A stretch of 64,000 nt of DNA from Octopus sinensis (GCF_006345805.1 NC_043003.1:69316001-69380000), one strand, 5' to 3'; counted from the stretch's first letter, positions 12,180-25,806 are shown. Notes: a model not told the origin generated them from the sequence alone. A program made the numbers and translations.

Positions 12180-12760
12180 ATAGTCCGTAAACGTCTTTGA
12201 CGGCCTCTTGTTCTCTTCCTTTCCACACTTCCTGTCAGCATAGTCTTTGGCAATGTCTCGTGACACATTGTATGTCCAAATTATCAAAGTTTTGTAGACT
12301 TGATTCTCAACATAGGTGTCTTTGGATTTTCAGCTTCACTAGTACTGTAGCGTTAGTTACCCTATCTGTTCCGCCTATTCTGCCCAATCTACGAAAGATC
12401 ATTATCTCAAGAGCTTCTATCTTTCTTCACATTGCTCTGTACATTGTCCAAGTTTCTGCCCCCGTAGAGGACAATACAGCAGTTTTCTAGCCTCAATGTT
12501 AGGTGCAGTGTTATATATTTTGAAGTGAAGATCTTTTTCATTCTTATAAATGTTGTTTTAGCCTTATTTATTCATTGAACAACTTCTACTTCACAGCAGC
12601 CTCCCGAACGTATTATTTGTCCTAGAAACTTTAACGTTTTCTAATTGCTCCAGTTGTTTCTACCTTGATATTTGCTTCCTTTTGTTCCAAGTTACTAATA
12701 ACCATTGTCATTTTAACCAGTCTATATAAATGTAATCCGCATAAATTATAAACCAGTTTG
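12180..12760 (-). pseudogene. Degenerate RTE-like LINE ORF C-terminal fragment
   Basis: Minus-strand translation contains LEALE(I/M).IFRRLGRIGGTDRVTNATVL and FGHTM, typical of the RTE post-RT region. Confidence 0.55.
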
Positions 12761-13174
12761 ATAAGCGCCAATGTATGAAACTGTCGTCCCTTGCGTCACT
12801 CAGTAACTTCTGCCGATGAATAACAAAAAAATAATATAACTATAAATATGCACACATTTTGAGTTTTATTTTCCTATTTGTATCACCAGACCAGATTATA
12901 TAATAATATCGCGTGGAAAGAAATTATTATAAAGAATGCGTACAGTCTTTTGTGGGTGAGCGCTGTACACCAAACATATCAAGTATATAGCCCCTGAGAC
13001 TTCCTTGATTGACCACCAGGTGGTAGTTTCCTTCCTGGGGCATGTTATTTCATTTGCTTTTCACACTGCTGTTTTGACTACCTTGTTTTCTCGTATTCTA
13101 TTCTATGTAACCCCCCACCCCACCCCACCCCATTGGTATACCTACACAGGTGTTCCTCACCCGATTTTGTTTCC

Positions 13175-13725
13175 CCATAACTTTTAGAAAAAATGGATAT
13201 TTTGTAATGAATTTTTCTACAAATACCTTTGAGATGGCGTGCATGACGACGATATCGGAATTTGTTGCGAAAATCTTTTCGGGCGTGGTGGGAAGAAGAG
13301 TTTCAGATAATTCACACGAGTTGACTTTGTTTTCTCATGTCTTTTAGTAAAATGGATATTTTTTGGTGAAATTTTCTTTTGAGATGGTACACATTCCGAC
13401 TACAGTAATATCTCGCCATATCGCGGTTCATCTATCGCGCACTCAGTACATCGCGGATTTTTCTGGCCAATATATGTAAATTTATATCGCGGACTTCTCA
13501 ATATATCGCGGGTTTCTGCGGCCGATAGGTATTTATATTTTTTTAGATTTTAATTATTTCTGTGGGGGGTTTTGGAGCGTAACACTCGCGATAGTCGAGG
13601 AATTACTGTATATCGGAATTTGTTTTGAAAATCTTTTCGGGCGTGGTGGGGAGAAGAGGTTTAGATAATTCACACGAGTTGACTTTGTTTTCTCATGACT
13701 TTCAGAAAAATTTATATTTTTAAAT
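13175..13725. repeat. About 165-bp tandem repeat (2-3 units) interrupted by a MITE
   Basis: ATATCGGAATTTGTT..GAAAATCTTTTCGGGCGTGGTGGG...GATAATTCACACGAGTTGACTTTGTTTTCTCATG occurs at about 13252 and about 13610. Confidence 0.7.
13403..13608. mobile_element. pogo/Tigger-like MITE
   Basis: TA-CAGTAATATCTCGCCATATCGCG...CGCGATAGTCGAGGAATTACTG-TA terminal inverted repeats with TA duplication. Confidence 0.78.
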
Positions 13726-13937
13726 GAATAACGGTCCAGCAAGAAACAGCTGAAATAAACGACCATCGCCCTATGGCTGCCTGTGTGCAGAGTCAAAGCT
13801 GATGGTTTCAAGCGGCGTCTTCTACATGTCCCGGTTGCCCTTTTCCCTATCAGTATTGGACTTATGAAGAAAGTGCGATGGTGTCAGAGCTGGTGTCTTG
13901 GTTTGTTGACCAACTAGCATGATGACTATTATCATAT

Positions 13938-14080
13938 CGTACATTATTTACATTTGACGGATATTTGTCCTCATCTTGTTTGTTATTAACACAACGTTTC
14001 GGCTGATATACTCTCCAGCCTTCATCAGGTGTCTTAGGGAAATTTCGAACCTAGGTTCTCATTCCTCAGGTATTTTTCGA

Positions 14081-14162
<82 letters not shown>

Positions 14163-14255
14163 TGACTGCCTGGAATCGAACTCGGAATCTTGGGGTTAGT
14201 AGCCTGCGCTCTTAACCTCTACGCCATATTATTTCAGAAGTGAAATATAGAACTG
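13938..14255 (-). mobile_element. tRNA-head/hammerhead retroelement
   Basis: Head (A/B boxes) at about 14165-14228, (AAT)n tract, intact hammerhead 13988-14033(-), short inverted terminus AAATATAGAACTG ending 14255. TSD TATTATCATAT at 13927-13937 and 14256-14266. Confidence 0.85.
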
Positions 14256-14827
14256 TATTATCATATTGGTTAAATGTTTGTGCAGAGCTGGTCTCACTCT
14301 TTCGTCCTGCAAACTCGTATTGGCCCGGTGCCAATGCTACGAGTAAAGTAGTTACCAAGATGCAGATTTTGTATAGAGTTAGCTTCTTTCAGATGAGCAG
14401 ATAAAGAGCTAAAGGGCCTCATCTGCTTTGGCTGCGTTGGGAGTGTCTGTGAGAAACGTTCTTCCAGAGGCCATCCTGTGGCACGCTAATTAACGCATAA
14501 CTGGAGCACTGACAGGTGTTACTACTCGGGGTCAGAGAGAACTGGGAACAACAATTGCTAAGAGGTCATTCTATACACCTCAAAACCCTGCAACATCCGA
14601 AAGAGACTATTACTTAAAGAAATACAAGGACACTCGTGATCCCAGCCAGTTACCCGGTTTACCACCCGCTTTCATTCTTAATCGATTATTCATGTAAAGT
14701 ATATTGTGGAAGTGTTGGTAACTGTTGCTCTATTCACTCAAAAGAAGTGAAACCTCTGCTTTTTAAATTATAGCGACTGGAGAAACAGCCATTTTTTATT
14801 AAGTGGAGGAAACTCACTGTCATGTAT

Positions 14828-14861
<34 letters not shown>

Positions 14862-15081
14862 CAATTGCTTGTAAGAACCCCCATATTAAGTTACGCAGTC
14901 ATAATGTACTACTAAGTATATCAAAGGCTTTATAAGTCAATACTGTGTCCTACCTGTGTTAGCAGTGCGAGTAAATCACTTTTGAAAAAGTATTTTAATA
15001 TTCATACTTTCCCAGTGACGATTGATATTGTTCCAGAAGTGAAATAAGCTTTACCCGGCAGTTTACTTTTTTAATCAATAG

Positions 15082-15267
15082 CAATGCTCTGCAACCGGTA
15101 TGTCGCGGCACACTGGTGTGCTACGAGACGATGCTAGGTGTGCCGCAGTGTAACCTGAATATATATTTTTTCGATATACTTTTAGATATATTTTTAGTAC
15201 GGGTGTGCTGCCTAATTTTGAAAAGAACATAAGTGTGCCGCAAGTGAAAAAAGGTTGCAGAGCACTG
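15082..15267. mobile_element. hAT-like MITE
   Basis: TIRs CAATGCTCTGCAACC / GGTTGCAGAGCACTG with repeated subterminal GTGTGCCGC motifs; TSD not clear. Confidence 0.68.
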
Positions 15268-15500
15268 GTCTATGACATGCAGAGAATGACAGTGATTATT
15301 GTATGATGTCAGCCTCCTTTGTGGCTGCCTTTGTGGATGCCCTCATCTGATTCTACAGAAATAAACTGGACATTGACCAGAATGCAACTTGTCCATATTT
15401 TCACACCGCACTCTATTATTATTAACTTCCAACCATTAACCCTTCAGGTGTTGTTGATCCACCAATGCTTGCTGAAAGCTTCTACATTGCGGTTTATCTA

Positions 15501-16067
15501 TTGGGTTGTCCGGAAAGTTAGTGCCGATTTTTAAAGGACAGAAAAAGGAAAATAAATATTTGCCATTAGATTTTTAATCAACCAAATATGAACCATTTTT
15601 GTTGCACAATGCGTCTCCATCTTTCCGTTAACTTGAAAATACCCTCTTCTCAGTATTGAGGTGGTTTCATGGCTAAGAATTCATCAAGGTATCTTTTTAC
15701 GTCATCCAAGGAATTGAAATTTTTACCATTAAGACTATTCTGCAGAGACATGAATAAGTGGAAATCCGAAGGAGCAATATCTGGTGAATATGGAGGGTGG
15801 TGTAACACATCCCAGCCGAGCTGCAGCAATTTTTGTCTGGTTCCCAAAGCATCAAGTGCCGAAAATGAACTTTCTTATCTTCCGTTTTAAAGGGTTACAG
15901 AATTAACACAGGTTATAGGAACATAAACCTTCTTCCACGAAAAGATAGCTTAAACTGTGCTCTAAATGGTGGTGTAGTCAAATCCTATTTTATGAACTCA
16001 ACCATGTTCTAAAATAAGACGAAAGGTAAGCTACTATAACTCGGCACGAACTTTCCGGACAACCCAA
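15501..16067 (-). mobile_element. Internally deleted mariner transposon
   Basis: TIRs TTGGGTTGTCCGGAAAGTT.GTGCCGA at both ends flanked by TA; transposase remnant HPPYSPDIAPSDFHLF. Confidence 0.9.
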
Positions 16068-19000
16068 TATAATGGCCGCTTTGGCCATCTGCGGGTTGGA
16101 CAGGGATACTGCAGTAGTCAGCTATTTCCGCTCTGCTTATCAGCACATTGTGAGTGTGCTTGGCTGAGTGGTTAGAGCGTTGCACTCGTAATCTTGCAAT
16201 CGTGGTTTCGATTCCCGGATTGCGAAGTATATTAAATTCTTGAGCAAAACACTTCAATTCACTTTCCTCTATTTCACTCATCTGTAAAAGAATAACCCTA
16301 TGAGCAACCGGTTCTTGGGGAATGTGGGGATCTCAGCCATTAACACACCATGGAAACCGGGTAACCCGGCCCATGTGTTTAAGAGTTCGAAACACAACTT
16401 AATTACTCACTATCAGCACCTTGGCTCAATTTAAACTCGGCTCAGCATTTTAAAAAGAGCCTGTTTTCCAAAAACATAAATGGGGTAAAATTTAATTTTA
16501 GATTCAGTATTTTACTTTATGCTTTTCAGCCCAAAGGCTGTGGCCAAACTGGAGCACCACCATTTATTTATTTACTTATCTTTAACCGTCTTCTGAATCG
16601 TTGTTTGTGTTGCAACAATTCCAAATGAATCAACATTCCAAAAACAACTGAAGAACGTCAACATATTCTTTTTTAAAGGAATTTATCCAAAATATACAGA
16701 ATCCGCTATAACCCTTAATTTACATAACACCTCGATTGTGTCTCTTGACAACGGTGCCAGCTCCCCTTTGAACCATTTTCGTTCTGACCTAGTTTTCCAT
16801 CGAAATAACAGTTTCAATTCCTCCTGTGTTCTGAAGAACATTGGGCAGCAAGTTGATGTCACTGGTTTCTGTTGGTTGTGGATTTCTCTACATCCGGTCA
16901 TGTGATATTGACCTCTCTCACATCGGTTATGAATATTCTGCGTCACGAGGGCGGCGAGCTGGCAGAATCGTGCGCACACAAGTAAGGTGCTTAGCGGCAT
17001 TTTAACCGTCTTTACGTTCTGAGTTCAAACGCTGCCGAAATCGACATTGCCTTTCGTGCTTTCGTGGTCGATATAATAGTCTTCCCTCCTTCCTGGAAAA
17101 CTGCTGGCCTTGTGCTAAAATTTGAAACCAATAATCTGCGTCCATTTGAAAGCTGTTTTACATTGGAAGTTCACAGCTTCCAAAATACATCGGCGTATTC
17201 AAATATGAAAAATTTATATCCAAAAGCCTGTTTAAACTTCACAGAAATTACTGATGGAATTTTACAAAATGGCGTACATTTTGATGTCTTCATGGAGTAA
17301 TCCGGTTACACTTACTCGTTGCCGCACTCAGTCTCACATACACACATCTACTCACTCATGCCTAAAAGTACATGGTACAAAATACGAAGTACTCTAGAGT
17401 GGGTTAGTGTGATGTTTCTTAAAGGGGTGATGGAGTTATGAGGATTAAAATTGGATGGGAAAAATGGCATGTTTGACAAAAACCAAGATGGCTTTTAAAC
17501 TTTTTTAACTTGTCTAATACCATGACGAAAGAGGAAGACATAGATTAGGCCCAAGGCCAGAAATTTCCGGAGAGGGGATGAGTCGATTACATTGACCCCA
17601 GTGTCCAACTGGTACTTATTTTATCAACCCCGAAAGAATAAAAGACAAAGATAGCCTCTATGGAATTTGATCTCAGAACGTAAAGACGTGGAAAAATTGC
17701 TGCTATGCACTTTGTCCGGCATGCTAACGATTCTGCCAGCTCGCTGCCCTAAAAAGAAAAAAATATATTCTTTTCTACTCTAGGCACAAGGTACGGTTGG
17801 GGGGGGGGGGCAGTCGATTAGATCGACCCCCAATACGCAACTGGTACTTAATTTATGACACCACCCCCCTCGAAAGGATGAAAGACAAAGTCGACCTCAG
17901 GGGAATTTGTAAAGACAGACGAAATACCGCTAAGCATTTCGCTCGGCGTGCTTAACTTTTCTGCCAGCTCGCCGCCCTAATAAGAAAAAAATATATTAAT
18001 GGAATTCTGCTAATGTCGCCCTCCTTGTTCACAAGATGATGAAAAGATCTCTCCGTAAAGTTGGAGGAGATCCTTTTTCAAGGGACAAAAAGATCAGCTA
18101 CAGCTTGGGAGGCGAGAAAGCTTGGAGCGGGGATGATGCGCGAAGACATCCTTTGCCACTGGATAATAGGTTCAGAGAAGTTGCGTGGCTGGCTGAGTTT
18201 CACCTAGTTTAGCAAGAGTTGAGATTCTCCAGACGTTGTATTTCTTGTTTTTGTCCGAACAGCTGTTGTGTAACTTTGAGCTAACTACCAAGGAAAGTTA
18301 GGACATTGAGGTTTTGGTGAGAGGCGTGGATGTGAAGGTGCGAAACACATTTGCCTGAAACCAGTCGGCTAACCCGAAGGGCCATAGTGTTCGAGGGGGA
18401 CGAGAATGTTATGTGGTAGGTAGTTGTGACGAAGCAGTTGTTGGGTGACTCAGTAGGTGCAAAGTTTGGGGAAAATTCCTTTAAAAAGATCCTGAGGATC
18501 TTCCTTTGGTCTGTGGGCGTTCATTCACTGAGAATTATTGCATCCAAGCAATTTAGAAAATCGTTTGGATCAACAAGAGTTTCATAAAAATGCACAATAA
18601 AGGAAAGCAATACATAATTATAGAACTAAAAATAAATTTTTTTCTTCTATTTTATTTCATTTTTGTGTTTTGTTTACAAGATACTTAATGTGAACTTGTA
18701 TATTGAAACATATATTGTGTTTTGGGTGGGTCATTATGCCAATAATAAACACATGCACTGGTTTTATTTCACTTCTTTTATTTATAATCATTAGTCAATT
18801 CTTTAATCATTTAAGGCATTTTTCGTTTGTCACGTACAAAAAAAATATGCTCTACAAAATATATTGAAAAAATCTTCGGTTTAATATTAAACAAACATTA
18901 TGTATGTATGTATGTATGTATGTATGTATGTATGTATGTATGTACGCACATCTTGTTGTTAAATGCTTGAAATACGAGAGTAGAAAAACAGCCAACAACT

Positions 19001-19135
19001 GATGAAGGGTTGTTCTTTGTGTTATCTGTCTTGTTTTCCATTTGTGTCTTTCGTTGTTCAAAAAAAGTTCATATTCCATGTACTCGTACTTCGTATTTTT
19101 GTTGTACACGTTTCGTGACATCCTATGCCCACATA

Positions 19136-19226
<91 letters not shown>

Positions 19227-20789
19227 AGATGTATGTACATATACATATGTATATATGCATATATACATATTATTCATATTACATATATATAGATACATAC
19301 ATGCACACACACACGTACACACATACACACATACATACATACATACATACATACATACATACATACATACATACATACATACATACATACATACAAAGGA
19401 AATCTTTATCTCCAACATAGCGTGGATTTTGCGTTATAACACAGAATATTGCGTGTTTACCTTGAAAGAACATCTCATATGAACTCATGGCGCATAAAAG
19501 CACTCGTATTTATATCGTTGACAGACGAGAACTATGCCGCTATTAAATATTTTATATAGACAGATAGATAGATAAATAGATACATACATACAAACATACA
19601 CGCATACATACATACATACATACATACGTTTGTATGTATATGTATGTATATATATATATACTTACATACATATATATACTTACATGCATACACTCATGCA
19701 TATTTGTGTGGGTGGGGGGGGCGGATGTAAGTACGTATCCATGTGTTAATTATTTTGTAAGAGTCAGCTGGTGGTTAAATTCATAATTGGAATATTTTTT
19801 CTCTCTTTTCTTTTCTTCCTTTATAGTATTAGAAATGCTAAACAATATGAATTTATGTCAGCTTCGTTTCGATTAACAAAACAGATAAAAAAAAAAAAAA
19901 CCTTCTTAACAATGGAGACAGATAACGCGCAGTTAAGATATTCGTCACAACAGAAGCAGCAGATGTTGGCCTCTTATATCATGGTTAAAAGTTATCTATT
20001 ACCTATTATACTAACAACTCAATGAATACAGGATGTCTGTATTATTTTATTAGCTATAAAATTAAAGATCTGCAACCATGAAATAGAAATTTATAATTGA
20101 AGGGAGGTGGGAGTATTCAATTATATTTTATTTTTTATCAAATTGAATATATTGGGCCGTTAGATAAATTCGTTCTCTTTATTCCTATTTTCTTTTTCTT
20201 TTTGTATGTTGGCACACCTTTCAAATTTCAATTTAGAACAGAGCTAAAGAAAACTAGAAAAAAACAAATGTAACACTATGATAAAGATATTTTTCACGTT
20301 AATTCAATATATAATATATATATATATTATATATATATAATATATATATATATATATAGTAAAGAAAAATAAGTTGGCTAGCAGCAAGCTGTTTCGCCTC
20401 ATACCGAAGGAATTAGAAATGGCAGTCAAAGACCGTTTTTTTCCATTTCTATAAGTGGAGATTCCAAAAACGAAGGCCCTTGCGGCTCACATACACAAAA
20501 CCGGAGTGGCAAATATACGAATTCAGTCACTTACCGTTAATAGCGAACACGGTGTTTCTGGATCACAAACAGGGGAGTTTGAATTCCGTCATCAGCGCTA
20601 TTCTTTACTATATACTGAACCTTACAAAGGTCTTGACAATTATTTTGTCGTATTTACATACCGAAATTTACCGGTAAATAATTGTTGGTTACATGAAAAA
20701 CCACAGGAAAATTATTTACCATTTTTATTGTATTACCATGTGGATTCCTCATTCCATATATATATATATATATATATATATTATTTAAA

Positions 20790-21140
20790 TAAAACCCTTG
20801 ATTCAATAGCACTGTGTACAAACTCTATACTTGGAATGACCAATTTTTAATACTATTGGAATTTACTCACAAGGTATTGGAATCTTATAAGCATACCATT
20901 CTTCCTAAATAATGGATCTACAAATGCAATATCCTTGCATATCTCACATCTGTTTTCTTTCCTCCGCTTCCCTCTCTATTTCGTATCTTATCTAAATTAA
21001 CTATTGCTTAACCATTTTCTCATGCCGTCTCCCATGAAGGGATATAATAAATATCCTGGAAACAGCTGTAAGACCTATTTATAAATGTTCTAAAATGTTC
21101 ACAGCCATGGTTTTCTTTATCTCATTCTGAATGAAAATTA
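20790..21140 (+). mobile_element. Penelope-like terminal repeat fragment with a degenerate hammerhead (21027-21074)
   Basis: GTCT-CCCATGA-A-GGGATAT/ATATCCT-G-GAAA-CAGCTG-TA-AGAC; core has two substitutions relative to CTGATGA; lies between (TA)n tracts. Confidence 0.55.
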
Positions 21141-21187
21141 TATATATATGTGGTGTGTGTGTGTGTATGCATTATTCTATATATCTA

Positions 21188-21230
<43 letters not shown>

Positions 21231-21848
21231 TAATATATATATATATTATAGATACTTGGGTTTGTCGGATGAAACCGTTTATTTTTTTCTAGATTGTTTT
21301 CTACTTGCCATTATCATATGTCTAAAAAGAGGTAAAAATTTTTAATCAAATTTCAAAAACGATTGACAAAAGTTGCAGAGAAATCTTTGATTTACAAATA
21401 AAAACCATAAAACATTGTGATGAAAATATTTTTCGTGTTAATTCAAATAATATTGGAAAAGATTAAAATAATAGAAATATATTGAACGAACTTGTCTGAC
21501 AGTCCAAAATTTTTTTAATTTAGATAATAAAATATGATATAGCGTTAAAATTTCAACTTCATAAATCAAGTTTTCACAACATTAAAAAAAATTGAAAAAG
21601 TGATTTCAAAGGGAAACAGAGTCTTTTCCTTTTTCTGAATTTAATTTTCGTTAAAACAGAAAGAAATGCATTTTATGTGATTCCAGTTTCAGTTTTTATT
21701 TCAATACAGATTTTTAATTTCTTTATTTTTCTCACTAAATTCACACCATCTTTCGATTTATGCAAACATTTCTGTCTTATCAATTCGAAATTTCAAACCA
21801 AATAAATATATAGATGAATTTTTGGAAACATCATTGTGTGTGTGTGTG

Positions 21849-21895
<47 letters not shown>

Positions 21896-22615
21896 TGTGT
21901 CTGTGTCTGTGTCTGTCTGTATCTGTGTGCGTGTGTGTGTGTGTGTGTGTGTATGTGTGTTTCATTGCTGTTCTCATCCCCTCTCTGGATATGAATCTAT
22001 CATATGAAGGACAAAAATTCTTTAACCTTAATTTCTAGAGACGACTTCAAAAAGAACTCCTCATTCGCCAACCTGAACTTGCTATGCAAATCTGAGACTC
22101 TCGCTACTTCCCAACTACTGACCAGAAGGCAGAATATCCAAGGACTCCAACCACCCGTCCGTTCTAGTCGACCCCCACTAAATCTAGAAAAAAGAGTCTC
22201 TCAAATCTCCCGCTTCCACACCTGACATCACTTCTCTCACTTCTGGTCAGATCCCTCGGCTCTTCCCTTCTTCTCACCTCACACCTTCCGACGTATAATC
22301 TGCTATATCACACGCCAACCTTACCAAGCGATCACTTCATGATGCCTTCTTTTCGTTTCGAAGTCATCCACCTTCCTCAGCGAATGTCGCTGCCTTTGTG
22401 ACAAAGGGAAAACTCAGGTGCTGGCCTCACCTTCTTCTCGTCCCTCGTCTGAGTCCGCAACGACGCAGCACTCCGTCGCCTAATATGTGTTTATTGAGTC
22501 GAAAAACTGAAATCACTATCAAACGAGTCTTTGAAATAAGCTTCTTGAAAGAAGCGCTTTATTTAATAACAGGAATAAATCTTGCAAAAATATTTGTATT
22601 ATTTCTTTGAGTAAA

Positions 22616-23176
22616 GGCGGTGAACTGGCGGAATCGTTAGCACACCGGGTGAAATGCTTAGCGGTATTTTGTCAGCCGCTACGTTCTGAGTTCAAACTCC
22701 GCCGAGGTCGACTTGCCTTTCATCTTTTCGGGGTCGATTAATTAAGTACCAGTTACGCACTGGGGTCGATATAATCGACTTAATACCTATGTCTGTCCTT
22801 GGTTGTCCCCTCTATGTTTAGCCCCTGGTGGGTAGTAAAGAAATAGGTATTTTGTCAGCCGCTACGTTCTGAGTTCAAACTCTGCCGAGGTCGACTTGCC
22901 TTTCATCTTTTCGGAGTCGATTAAATAAGTACCAGTTACGCACTGGAGTCGTTTGTCTGTCCTAGTTTGTCCACTCTGTGTTTAGCCTCTTGTGGGTAGT
23001 AAAGAAATAGGTATTTTGTCTGTCTTTACGTTCTGAGTTCAAATTCCGCCGAGGTTGACTTTGCTTTTCATCTGTTCGGGGTCGATAAATTAAGTACCAG
23101 TCAAGTACTGGGGTCTATGTAATTGACTATTCCCCTCCCCACAAATTCCAGGCCTTGTGCCTATAGTAGAAAGGAC
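22616..23176 (+). mobile_element. Nin/Deu-domain-like SINE, trimeric
   Basis: Three tandem B-box/Nin units inside a 16-bp TSD TATTTCTTTGAGTAAA (22600-22615, 23177-23192). Confidence 0.82.
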
Positions 23177-23419
23177 TATTTCTTTGAGTAAAACTTTTTA
23201 GTGCTGCGCACAGTAAGAATAAACAATTTCGCAATCAAGGTAAAAGATTTTGCTGACAATTTTTTTTAATTAACAAACATTTATTTAGTTGAGAGAAAAT
23301 TACCGGAGAACTTCCATCTAATTCTTCCAAATCTTTCTGTTAAAACTGTATTGAATCCGGGGAATCTTTTTTTTCTTTTCGTCTTTTTATCACATCAACT
23401 GGTCGCACATAACAAGGTT

Positions 23420-24330
23420 TAACGGAAGCTGCTGAAGCAAGCCAGCACTCACGCAGCTTACCACGGGCGATGGCGAGGCTAAGGCGTTGAGAAAGCCAAG
23501 CACCTCAAAGGGCATCACTTGACACCGCGATGAGGCGAGTTACCAACGTTGACAAGAACTTCGTGGTTGGTGGCCCAGTCCCTTTGAACGTCTCAAACGT
23601 CACAGGTTGAAAGACTGTCAGATCCCGATATTTCAGGGTTTTCTACGGAAGCAGCGACCCTCCCATTAACAGCAGCATGGGAGGAAGCAAAGGAGTCGCA
23701 GACTGTGGCATCTCAAATGAGGCACCTACCTCTAACCCAGGGACAGGGGGCAAGACTATCTGGTCTCTTGCCATGACTTTTGGATAACCCCGACGGCTCC
23801 AGAAATGAGGGGATATTAATCCAAGCCAGGGCCCGCTTCGTGATTAGGTTTATCTCGGTGTGGCGAGAGAAGCGACCAGCATTTAGGAGGCAAGACAAGT
23901 CCCACTCTGAATGCGATGGAGATGCGGAGGTCATCTAGACTGAGCAGACCTCCAGTGTTGGCCACAACCAGGGCATCAATCCAATCCCCTGAGATTTTTC
24001 CATTAGCTGAAAGTAGACGACATCTTGAAAATCGATCAGATTGATCAAAGAGACAGTTGGAGTGGCACCTGAACGCAGATTGCCCCATATTATCCTCTAC
24101 TGTAACCGGAACTGACAAACTCAGCTCTCTCCACTGTGATAGAGCTTCATCCATCTCCCTGTTGGAATTAGTCCATGTAGGAGAGGAGAGGATGTTGCCT
24201 ACCAAAGGGGAGAAAGCGTGGACGGAGGAAAGAAAACAAGGAAGAGACAGAGATGAGATCTTGCGCAGACCTGGATCCCCCAAACCGTTTGGGCAAAGCA
24301 TCATCGTCGCGCTAGCAGAGGACATCTCTT
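23420..24330 (-). pseudogene. Degenerate CRE-like non-LTR retrotransposon 3' region (restriction-like endonuclease)
   Basis: LEPSGLSKSHGKRPDSLAPCPWVRGRCLI*DAT matches the EP.GL...DGKRPDG...PW..G..L.WDAT pattern; upstream GLGDPGLRK and DDLRISIAFRVG; stops and frameshifts present. Confidence 0.7.
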
Positions 24331-24828
24331 TCCAGGTTTAAACACAACCGATTTCTTCCATATATAACGTGTAAGAAACAGGAAGACTTTGAGAAAGAAA
24401 TAAGAATCGATTCAAATACTACATCTATCGAGCTAGAAAAGATGAAGGGGCAAGGTTGATCTTGATGGATTTGAACAGAAAGCCAGAACAAGTACCACAA
24501 AACAATCTCCGGCGCTTTAACCACTCTATCACAAGATGGCTGTCTATACTATTATCCGAAAAATTGTAATACTTTTATACTTACTACGCCGTATGCTAAA
24601 ACTGCTTTGAACAAAGAAATATTTGCATTACCTTTCTGAAATTAGTCTGTATATGTATATTATTATTATTTGCATATTTATTGTTCATTCGTCCAGACAG
24701 GTTCTGACACAAAATATTCCGCATATTCAGTCACCGAGTCTGTCTAGACGTATTCAGAAAAATATGCAAATAGCCGTTCCAGATCTCACATTACACGATA
24801 CAATCAACTATTTGATACATACATACAT

Positions 24829-24861
<33 letters not shown>

Positions 24862-24866
24862 ACACA

Positions 24867-24897
<31 letters not shown>

Positions 24898-24900
24898 CAC

Positions 24901-24953
<53 letters not shown>

Positions 24954-25805
24954 CTAGCTGGTGTACCCGATAATTCCCGGTGGTAAAGATGTTCTATTGA
25001 AACGCCTTATTACTCTGATATAAGAAAGCAATTTTGTTACAACTGCCGCAAAAGGTGTCTTTTCTGACATGAAAAAGTACAAAAAGTCAGCTGAAAGAAG
25101 GAGATATTGTTGGAGGTTGGCGAGAGTGGTTTTAGGAGGTTGTCGGAGATTGGCGAGAGACATATACATTATTCTGCTTAGCGAAGGCATCTGCGAAATG
25201 TATAACTGCTGTCATTCACAGAAAAACTATTGTTTTACCGTGGGAAGAGCGCTGTTGAAGTGTTAAGTGAAATTTGGCAATCGAGGATGGAATCCATGCT
25301 ATACCTGCATGAAGCCACTACAAATACGTTGTGGAACAAAAAATTTATCTACTGTCATGGAAAAAGAGTAACTGAAAAAATGCAGAATTATCGAAGTAAT
25401 GGGCATTCAAAAAAGTATGTATGTATAGAAATGTATGAATGTTTCAGATTCAAATTAAGGAGGTGCAATAATAATGTTTAGCAGTTCAAAACTGTGAATA
25501 GTGAAATGCAGAATTAGGTCGGCTGATCGTGAGAATCACATATTGATCGCTTCGCTAAAAACTGCAGGTACTATGGGTTATTTCCCTTGGATTGTTTAAA
25601 TAAAATATTAGTATTATGTAGTAGATAGAAGGATCCATTAGAGGGACCCTATTATCGATATTTTTCAACAATCTAGGTATGTCACGAGGTTTCCAGACAT
25701 GCGTTCTACTCACTTGTCAAGTTTCATCAAAATCAATAAAACGATGTAGGAGGAGTTAGCTAACAACGCCACAAACAAACACACACCGATTTTCCACATA
25801 TGTAG

Positions 25806-25806
<1 letters not shown>
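24954..25806 (-). mobile_element. Non-autonomous Helitron-like element
   Basis: ACTAG (CTAG-T on the minus strand) with an adjacent GC-rich imperfect hairpin; opposite end has an AAGTTTCATCAAAATC...GGAGGAGTTAG motif running into (TA)n. Confidence 0.5.
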
